This document shows positions 26,983-34,104 of a stretch of 64,000 bases of DNA, in pieces (positions within the stretch are counted from its first letter, which is position 1; each line of letters starts with the position of its first letter). Both the position numbers and the translations under genes were made by a program. The notes beneath the pieces are model-generated. The model did not search any database. It had not been told where the DNA came from and was given only the letters and a program-made list of their open reading frames with translations. This DNA comes from an uncultured Gemmatimonadales bacterium (lineage in GTDB: Bacteria > Gemmatimonadota > Gemmatimonadetes > Longimicrobiales > Gaopeijiaceae), in assembly GCA_963809895.1 (NCBI GenBank), contig CAWELD010000003.1, forward strand, positions 2,528,001-2,592,000, in the 5' to 3' direction.

Positions 26983-28473
26983 TCAGGGTCCCAGGGCGTC
27001 GAGTGCGGCCTCGGTGGCCTTGAAGAGGACGCGGCGCGGGATGTCACGCTCGCGCGTCCAGCGGGTGGCGGCGGTCCAGCCGTCGGGATCGGCGCCCTGG
27101 CGGCGGTTGGCGGCCACGAGGGCGGCGACGGGCTCCGGGCCCAGCTCCGGCGGCTGCCAGCCGCCGTCGTAGTGGATCCCGCCCAGCGGATCCCGGAAGA
27201 GGGCCTGTCCCGGGCCGGTCCACTCCATGCTCCAGCCGCCCTCGTGCACGAGTCGGTGATGGAAGTAGCAGAGCAGGAGGCAGTTGCCCAGCGAGGTCTC
27301 GCCGCCGTCGGCCCAGTGCACGATGTGATGGGCGTCGGTGTAGCGGAGCCCACAGCCGGGAAAGCGGCACCCGCGGTCGCGGGCCTCCAGCGCCCGGCGC
27401 AGCGCCGGGGGGATGGTGCGGGTCTTCCGGCCCACGTTCAGGATCTGTCCGGTTTCGGGCTCGTGGGTCATGTCGACCCGCCCGGCATCGCACGCCAGTC
27501 GCCGCGACGTTTCAGCTGAAACGCGGGTGCCGTCGTCCAGCTCGGAGCGGCCGGACTCGTGGGCGTCGGCCCGGAGCGTCTCGGGCTCCACGTGGAGCAC
27601 CACCTGATAGCGCTCGGCCCGGGCGCCGCTGACCGGCGCGTTCTCGTCGCCGAAGCCGACCCCGAGCGCCCGCTCCGCCAGCAGACCCAGGGCATCGGCC
27701 CGCCGCTGGGCCGCGTCCTTCCGGCGCTCGGCGTCGGTGTCGAGCTTCGGCACCCCGTGCTCCCGGACCAGGGCGTCGCTGGCCGCGTCCAGCGCCCGCA
27801 TGAGCAGCGCGCCCAGCTCCGGCGTCAGCTCACCCCGCACCTGGTAGATGCCGTCCTCGTCGGGGAAGACCGAGACCCTGCGGTTCTCGTACCGCCAGGC
27901 CTCGAACGCGGCCTCGTCACGCCCAGAGCCCCGCTTCCAGCCCCGGACCAGCCGCTCCAGCTGCGCCGTGGTGGCCCCGCGGGCCAGCTCCAGTAGATCG
28001 GTCTCGTTTTCGGGCGTGGCCACGCGCGTGAGCGCCCGCACCTGGGAGAAGGACAGCTCGCCTCGGCCCATGGCGGCGCGGGTCGCAGGCAGCCCGGCCA
28101 GGACCCGGGCTGCGCGCACCTTCTCACGGGCCGTGCTCAGATCGATGCCGATGCGGGCCGCGAGCCAGTGGGCGCAGGAGCGGTGACCGCCCAGCTCCCA
28201 GCCGCGACGGCGGTCGAAGTCGGCGATCAGGGCCAGCATGCGCTGGGTGGCGGCGTGGATGTGGGCCGCCAGCGTGGCGATCTCGTCGCCCAGCTCCTCC
28301 AGGGCGTCGGCGTCGTCGAACGGATCGACAGGGTCGGGAGGCGCCGCGGGCGCGCCCACGGCGGCATCTTCGGGCCCACCCTCGTAGCCGTCCTCGACGG
28401 CCGCCTCGCGCACGCACCACCGCGCCCGCGTATCCCGACTCCACGCACCCCCTGCATCTGCCCACCGCACCAT
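26983..28473 (-). CDS. DUF222 (13E12/Rv1128c-like) + HNH endonuclease, start uncertain
   Basis: IATLAAHIHAA, SCAHWL, GELSFSQVRALTR, VSAETSRRLACDA, RDRGCRFPGC..DAHHIVHWADGGETSLGNCLLLCYFHHRLVHEGGW. Confidence 0.88.
   Translation of the reverse strand: MVRWADAGGAWSRDTRARWCVREAAVEDGYEGGPEDAAVGAPAAPPDPVDPFDDADALEELGDEIATLAAHIHAATQRMLALIADFDRRRGWELGGHRSCAHWLAARIGIDLSTAREKVRAARVLAGLPATRAAMGRGELSFSQVRALTRVATPENETDLLELARGATTAQLERLVRGWKRGSGRDEAAFEAWRYENRRVSVFPDEDGIYQVRGELTPELGALLMRALDAASDALVREHGVPKLDTDAERRKDAAQRRADALGLLAERALGVGFGDENAPVSGARAERYQVVLHVEPETLRADAHESGRSELDDGTRVSAETSRRLACDAGRVDMTHEPETGQILNVGRKTRTIPPALRRALEARDRGCRFPGCGLRYTDAHHIVHWADGGETSLGNCLLLCYFHHRLVHEGGWSMEWTGPGQALFRDPLGGIHYDGGWQPPELGPEPVAALVAANRRQGADPDGWTAATRWTRERDIPRRVLFKATEAALDALGP
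27508..27523. repeat. perfect 16-bp palindrome inside the HNH gene
   Basis: CGTTTCAGCTGAAACG; near-identical copy at 28664-28679. Confidence 0.9.
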
Positions 28474-28662
28474 GACCACCGCCACCTGCGCCTCGAGAAG
28501 AGCCCCAGAACGAGGCCCACGAACCGAACACAACCCGAAACCACACCCGAAAGCTACCGCGCGAGGTGAGACATCGGCATGGCGCGATGGGACGGATTCA
28601 GGGACCGCGAAACGCGACCGGAGCCCCGCCCGCCCATCCAGACATCCCCCCGTCCCATTCAT

Positions 28663-28680
28663 GCGTTTCACCTGAAACGC
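28663..28680. repeat. intergenic copy of the HNH-internal palindrome
   Basis: GCGTTTCA-CC-TGAAACGC; 16/17 identical to 27508-27524. Confidence 0.85.
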
Positions 28681-28824
28681 CCCGGGTGTATGACGCCTCC
28701 ACCAACTCCGCACCCGGCAGCCCTCGGAGCCGGCCGGCGAATCATCATCGGTGCATCCGCACGCGACCGCGCACGCCCCCGTGCTGACAACCTCGCGCGA
28801 CCCGCTCGTATGTCGCGACATGGG

Positions 28825-29030
28825 CTCTTGGCCCCATGATGGCACCGATGCCGGACCCGAACCGAGCAGCGCTTCTCCGGACAGGTGATTTCGGGCTCCG
28901 GCGAGCCCCTGGGGACGGTCTTGATGCCGGCCCGCTTCCGCGTCCTGGCCGTTACCGGCGATCGCGTGCTGGGGGCGCACCACGACGACTTCGATGTTCG
29001 GCGCGTCATCGTCTTTCCCCGTCACCGCGA
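28825..29030 (+). pseudogene. decayed 3' fragment of a 6-bladed beta-propeller gene, paralog of 29151..30350
   Basis: GEPLGTVLMPARFRVLAVTGDRVLGAHHDDFDVRRVIVF resembles EPLGTVKLPAAL...RLYGVVLDEYDVPSIEEW of the next gene; in-frame TGA at 28837-28839 upstream. Confidence 0.6.
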
Positions 29031-29150
29031 CACCGACGGCCCGACCCAGCCGCAGGGCATCGCTCGCGTTCCCGCAACGACATCGGTGCTGGCGCGTAAG
29101 CTTCTGCGAACAGGGCTGCCAGCCACGCTCCCCTACGACGAGGAAGCTCC

Positions 29151-30350
29151 ATGCGCCGCATCGCCGTCGTCCCGCTCCTGTCGCTGCTGGCCACCGCCTG
29201 CGCCGAGCCCGCGCCGGAGCCACGGAGCCAGCCCGCGCTCCACGCCGTCCGCGTCCAGACCTTCGGGGACGCCGAAGGCCCCGGCGTCCTGTCGAACGTC
29301 TTCGATGTGGACGTGTCTTCGGACGGCCGCGTCTACGCGTCCGAACCGACCCTCCAGCACGTCATGGTCTTCGCGCCGGACGGCACCTTCGAGCGGGTCC
29401 TCGGACGCGCGGGCCAGGGGCCGGGCGAGTTTCAGGCTCCCGGGAACCTGACCTGGACCGGCGACACGTTGGTGGTCTACGACTTCCAGCTCGGCGCCAA
29501 CCTCTTCGATCCCGGATTGAGCTTCGCGGGGCGGGTCAGTTTCCATGTCCAGACCGACGACAATCCGTGGTTCGGGATCCTGCCCTTCTTTCTCCTGGCG
29601 GACGGGAGTGTCATGGGGTTCGCACCGACGCCGACCTCGGCCGTGGCCTCCGGGGAGATACCCACCCAGCGATGGTTCCGCCTCTCCCGGACCGGTGACA
29701 TCCTCGACACTCTGGCGGTCCTCCCCCTGAAGGGGCAGTTCTCCGAGGTCGACTTCGGCACCCCGACACCCGCCGTGCCTGATCCGCTGCCCTCCAATCC
29801 TCTGAGCGCCATCCCTCCGGACGGGTCCTTCATCGTCCTCGTCGAGCGGGCACCGGCCACGGTGGACGGGTCACCCATTTATCGCGTAGACCGCGTCGCG
29901 CTCACCGGCGACACGGTGCGGTACGGCGATCAGGACTTCACACCGGCGAGCCTCAGCGAAGCAGAAAGGGACAGCATCGCCGAGTCCAAGGCCTCCTGGT
30001 ACGCCGACGTCCATCACATCACGCTGGAGCGGGCGACGCAGGCCCTGCGCGACCAGATCGCCTGGCCCGCCTACCGCCCCCCGGTCACCGCGGCGCTCGC
30101 AGCCACCGACGGCACCGTCTGGCTGCGCCGCGAGAAGGCGCAGGCGGACTCCATCCGCTGGGACGTGCTGGACGCCGAGCTCGAGCCTCTCGGCACCGTC
30201 AAGCTGCCGGCGGCGCTGGACGCCAAGGTCGTGATGCCCGGCTCGGCTACCACCGAGGGCGCCGGCACCGGCTGGCGCCTCTACGGCGTGGTGCTCGACG
30301 AATACGACGTGCCGTCCATCGAAGAGTGGCGGGTGACCCCGGGCCGCTGA
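29151..30350 (+). CDS. lipoprotein, 6-bladed beta-propeller (NHL-like)
   Basis: lipobox LLATAC, GRAGQGPGEFQAP, DGTVWL, GVVLDEYDVP. Confidence 0.75.
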   Translation: MRRIAVVPLLSLLATACAEPAPEPRSQPALHAVRVQTFGDAEGPGVLSNVFDVDVSSDGRVYASEPTLQHVMVFAPDGTFERVLGRAGQGPGEFQAPGNLTWTGDTLVVYDFQLGANLFDPGLSFAGRVSFHVQTDDNPWFGILPFFLLADGSVMGFAPTPTSAVASGEIPTQRWFRLSRTGDILDTLAVLPLKGQFSEVDFGTPTPAVPDPLPSNPLSAIPPDGSFIVLVERAPATVDGSPIYRVDRVALTGDTVRYGDQDFTPASLSEAERDSIAESKASWYADVHHITLERATQALRDQIAWPAYRPPVTAALAATDGTVWLRREKAQADSIRWDVLDAELEPLGTVKLPAALDAKVVMPGSATTEGAGTGWRLYGVVLDEYDVPSIEEWRVTPGR

Positions 30351-30365
30351 AGCACCTGCGGCGCC

Positions 30366-32057
30366 CTATTCCGCCAGCGACACCCCGAAGCGGCGCGAGA
30401 AGTCCTCGAGGCACGCCAGCGCCAGGCGATGCTCCAGGTCCCGCTCGACCTGGAATTCGTCCAGGCCTCTCCCGAAGAGCCTGCGGCCCACGCTGTCCGG
30501 GCCCAAGCGCTCTTCGAGCCAACCGGCGAGGCACCCCCGGTGCCATTCGACGGTGGGTGTGGGGAATCCCAGCTTCGGCCAGTGACCCCAGTCCCGGGGA
30601 TAGAAGCGCGCGTGCGCCGCCCGCACCACAGGCTTGCGCACGCCCTCGTCGTCGTACACCCGGTGAGGCGGAAGGCGGAACGCCAGCTCCAGGACCGCCG
30701 GATCGACGAAGGGAAACACCGGCCGCAATCCCACGTCGTCCGCCGCCCGCGTAACCTCCTGCGTGTGCATGCGGGCCCAGGTGTACAACGACATGCGCAG
30801 CCGACTCTCGTAGACGTCCCCATCGGGGGAGCGGAAGCGCTCCTCCAACTCCGGCGCCGGCTCGCCGTCCCCGAAGACGTGGCGGTAGCGGTGGTAGAGC
30901 CCGCGATCCAGCTCCACCCGCCCCATCTGGAAGAGGCCTCGGACGGGGTCCTCCAGCAGCATCGCCCTCAGGTCGCCCAGATGACTCCGGTCCAGGGGAA
31001 GCGGTGCGGCCAGGGCACGCCGAACCGCGCCCGGGACCCACCGCTGCCATCGGGCGCGCCCCAGTGCCCTGGCGATCCGCATCCGGCTCCTCCCCCCCAG
31101 CAGCATGTCGGCCGCGGCGCCGTGCACGACGACGTCGGCATCGTCGCGGAGACGGTGCAGGGTGGCCACGACGGCGAGGAACCAGTGGTCCTTCGGCGGA
31201 GCCTCCAGCAGGCGCGTGACGTCGGAGGCGGCCGCCAGCACCTCGTCGCCCGAGAGCTCCAGGATCCGGTGCTGGATCCCCAGGTGCTCGGCGGCCTGGC
31301 GCGCGCGGGGCAGCTCGGGATCGTCCCACAGCTCCGGAGGCCATGTGGGTGTCACCGCCAGGAGATCCGGGCGGATACGCTGGGCCAGCGCCGCGAGAAG
31401 CGCCGAGTCCACACCTCCGCTCAGGAGGATCGCCGGCCGGGCAGCGCCCGACAGGGCCACGTCGAGGCTCGCCTCCAGGGCGGCCACGAGCTCGTCGGCC
31501 AGGCCCTCCACGGTCTCCTCGGAACCGGGCTCATAGCGCGGATCGTGTACCACGGAGGCGCCCTGGGATCCACCGGAACGCCAGGTCAGCGCGGTCCCCG
31601 GCAGGAGCTGTCCGATCCCCTGGACGAGGGTCCTCGCTCCTGCGCACCAACGATAGACCAGCATCTCCCGAAGCGCCGCGTCGTCGAACACCCGCCGGCC
31701 GAGCCTCGGCAGGAGCCCGGCGAGCTCGGTGCCCCACGCCGGCTCGCCGGCGTCGCGGGACTCGCCGGTCCAATAGAGAGGCCGCTGGCCCAGGGGACAC
31801 TGGACCAACGTCACCTCACCCGAACCCGCCCGCGAGACCTCCATGCCCCAGGCGCCGAAGACGTCACCGAGCGCCTCCGTGCCCGACGCTCCCACCTCCT
31901 GGAAGAGCGTATCGGGCGCCACCTCGCGCCCCCGCCGCTCGCCACGGCCCACCAACACGAAATCGACCTCTCCGGACCGGCCTCGATGGACCGGTGCGGC
32001 GGCGCGGCGCGCCGGAGCCGGCACGAAGCGGCCGACGGAGGTCGTCCTCTGGTCCAT
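30366..32057 (-). CDS. asparagine synthase-related ATP pyrophosphatase with degenerate glutaminase domain
   Basis: PLGQRPLYW, QLLPGTAL, LLSGGVDSALL, GAAADMLLGG, PFVDP, PKLGFPTP; no N-terminal Cys. Confidence 0.8.
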   Translation of the reverse strand: MDQRTTSVGRFVPAPARRAAAPVHRGRSGEVDFVLVGRGERRGREVAPDTLFQEVGASGTEALGDVFGAWGMEVSRAGSGEVTLVQCPLGQRPLYWTGESRDAGEPAWGTELAGLLPRLGRRVFDDAALREMLVYRWCAGARTLVQGIGQLLPGTALTWRSGGSQGASVVHDPRYEPGSEETVEGLADELVAALEASLDVALSGAARPAILLSGGVDSALLAALAQRIRPDLLAVTPTWPPELWDDPELPRARQAAEHLGIQHRILELSGDEVLAAASDVTRLLEAPPKDHWFLAVVATLHRLRDDADVVVHGAAADMLLGGRSRMRIARALGRARWQRWVPGAVRRALAAPLPLDRSHLGDLRAMLLEDPVRGLFQMGRVELDRGLYHRYRHVFGDGEPAPELEERFRSPDGDVYESRLRMSLYTWARMHTQEVTRAADDVGLRPVFPFVDPAVLELAFRLPPHRVYDDEGVRKPVVRAAHARFYPRDWGHWPKLGFPTPTVEWHRGCLAGWLEERLGPDSVGRRLFGRGLDEFQVERDLEHRLALACLEDFSRRFGVSLAE

Positions 32058-32328
32058 GGAGGGTGCACCGCGAACGAGGTTCACTTGGGATGCCCGACCG
32101 GGATGGGAGCAAGAAATCGGCCTCCGGCACTCCCGTCGACACGCGGCACTTTCGGCCCCTGGCTCGAAAGGTGCAAGTTTCGTCGCATCTCGCCCGTCTC
32201 TCGGGACGGCCAGACCCCGGACGGCGCCGCGATGTGCGCCGCTCGTAGCGTTCTGGCGCGCCCGGCGCCGCACCGTGGGGTGCCACGCCGGCGCGGCACA
32301 TGTCGCACACGAGCCACAGGGCGCGTAC

Positions 32329-33681
32329 ATGGACGACGGTCGGCTGAATCCGACGAAGGTGGCGGCCCCGCGGGTCCCGGCGAGCCTCACCGCGTGGTGC
32401 CTCGCTGGCCTCGGGGGAGGCCTCCTGCTCGGCGTCATGGGCAACCTCGGATGGCTGCCCTGGGCCGCGCCGTTGAGCCACGCGGTGGAGCCGCTGGGAT
32501 CCCTGTGGATCAACGCCATTCGCATGTGCGTGATCCCGTTGGTGATCACCCAGCTGCTGGCGTCCATCGGCACCGCCGACGCCGAGGTGATCGGAGGGCT
32601 CGGGGGGCGAGCTCTGGCGCTGTTCGTCACCATGCTCGCCCTCATCGGCACCACCACGGTCCTGGTGACGCCCACGCTCCTCGTGCCCTTCCACTTCCCC
32701 GAGGGCACGGTGGCCGTGCTCCAGGCCCGCAGCGGGGTGGCCCAGGCGGCCGCCGAAGCCGCGGCGAGCGCCGGTGCGCCGCTCTCGCTGGGAGACTGGC
32801 TGGTGGGCCTCGTCCCCAGAAACCCGTTCGCCGCCGCGGTGAACGGCGACATCCTGCCGGTGGTGGTCTTCACGGTGCTCTTCGCCCTGGCCGTGACCCG
32901 GCTGCCCGACGCGCCGCGCCGCCTGCTGGGCGACGTCTTCCGGGCCGCCGCCGCCGCCATGATGCAGCTCATCAGCTGGATCCTGCTGGGGACGCCCGTG
33001 GCGATCTTCGCCATCATCCTGGGGCTGGCCGTGGACACGGGCTTCGGCGCGGCCGGCGTGCTCGGCGCCTACATCATCCTCGTATCCGCCCTCTGTCTCC
33101 TCATGACCGGCCTCATGTATCCCCTGGTGGCCATCGCGGGCCGCACGCCGGTGCGGACCTTCGCCCGCGGCGTGGCGCCGGGTCAGATGGTGGCGCTCAC
33201 GACCCAGTCCTCGCTGGCTTCGCTCCCGGCGTTGGTGGAGGGAGGCGAAGACCACCTCCGGCTGCCCCGCAGCAGCACGGGCTTCGTGCTTCCGCTGGCG
33301 GCGTCCACGTTCAAGCCCAGCCAGGGGGTGTCCTCGGTCTTCAAGTTCGTCTTCCTGGCCCAGGTGTACGCCGTCCCGCTGACCATGGGGCAGAAGGCGG
33401 GCTTCGTGCTTCTCGTGATCCTCCTGAGCTTCGCGGTCCTGGGCGTCCCCAGGGGTGGCGGGGGATTCAAGACGCTACCCGCCTACATCGCCGCGGGGAT
33501 TCCGGTGGAGGGCGTGGTCATCATCGAAGCCGTCAAGACCATCCCCGACGTCTTCATGACGCTCCTGAACACCACGGCGTACATGGCCGTGGCGACCCTG
33601 CTCTCGCGCGGCGCACGGCGCACCGCCAACGCCGCGGGGCTGGCGCCATCCCCTCCACCGCTGGTCAACGAAGGCGGCTGA
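32329..33681 (+). CDS. dicarboxylate/amino acid:cation symporter (SDF/DAACS family)
   Basis: GSLWINAIRMCVIPLV, VPRNPFAA, TQSSLASLP, FVLPLA, DVFMTLLN. Confidence 0.87.
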   Translation: MDDGRLNPTKVAAPRVPASLTAWCLAGLGGGLLLGVMGNLGWLPWAAPLSHAVEPLGSLWINAIRMCVIPLVITQLLASIGTADAEVIGGLGGRALALFVTMLALIGTTTVLVTPTLLVPFHFPEGTVAVLQARSGVAQAAAEAAASAGAPLSLGDWLVGLVPRNPFAAAVNGDILPVVVFTVLFALAVTRLPDAPRRLLGDVFRAAAAAMMQLISWILLGTPVAIFAIILGLAVDTGFGAAGVLGAYIILVSALCLLMTGLMYPLVAIAGRTPVRTFARGVAPGQMVALTTQSSLASLPALVEGGEDHLRLPRSSTGFVLPLAASTFKPSQGVSSVFKFVFLAQVYAVPLTMGQKAGFVLLVILLSFAVLGVPRGGGGFKTLPAYIAAGIPVEGVVIIEAVKTIPDVFMTLLNTTAYMAVATLLSRGARRTANAAGLAPSPPPLVNEGG

Positions 33682-33695
33682 GGCCGATCCTTCCC

Positions 33696-33751
33696 TTGCG
33701 CGCCCGGCGGGCTCCTGTATACTCGTGATGAGTATACCTTTCAGGAGTACA
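33696..33751 (+). promoter_or_regulatory. sigma70-like promoter overlapped by tandem putative PadR operators
   Basis: TTGCGC(33696)-16 bp-TATACT(33718); palindrome GTATACTC-N5-GAGTATAC (33717-33737) plus degenerate second copy 15 bp downstream. Confidence 0.65.
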
Positions 33752-33762
33752 TCAAGCCGCTC

Positions 33763-34104
33763 ATGGACCCTGACACGCTGCTGCCCCTGACGGATCTCGC
33801 CTTCTCCATCCTCGTGGCGTTGAAGGACGAGGAGCTGCACGGATACGCCCTCCTCAAGGATCTCCGCGCCCGCACCGGTCGCGAGGCCCTGCGCACCGGC
33901 ACCGTGTACGCCGCGCTGGCCCGTCTCCAGGACCAGGGTCTGGTGCGGGAGACCACCGGACCCGACGACCCCGACGATCCACGGCGCAAGTACTACCGGC
34001 TGACCGCGCTCGGGCTCCAGGTAGCCACCGCCGAGGCCGAGCGGCTGGCGGAGTTGCTGATCCTCGCCCGCAGCAAGGGAATCGTGGCTTCGGGCACGGC
34101 GTGA
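33763..34104 (+). CDS. PadR family transcriptional regulator
   Basis: LPLTDLAFSILVAL, LHGYAL, TGTVYAALARL, RRKYYRLT. Confidence 0.93.
   Translation: MDPDTLLPLTDLAFSILVALKDEELHGYALLKDLRARTGREALRTGTVYAALARLQDQGLVRETTGPDDPDDPRRKYYRLTALGLQVATAEAERLAELLILARSKGIVASGTA

Noticed and set aside
28663..28680. parS centromere site
   Set aside because: Resembles TGTTTCACGTGAAACA but differs at the centre and both ends, matches the HNH-internal copy better, and no parAB/oriC genes are in the window; not fully excluded
30366..32328. Lasso peptide gene cluster
   Set aside because: No precursor peptide, PqqD/RRE or transglutaminase-like B protein nearby
30429..33728. Very long alternative ORFs (e.g. 30429..33728+, 21955..24294+, 16262..18370-, 40547..42700+, 5' parts of 55757..58927- and 57688..60996+)
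   Set aside because: Shadow frames of well-supported genes in GC-rich DNA; Arg/Pro/Gly-rich, no family motifs
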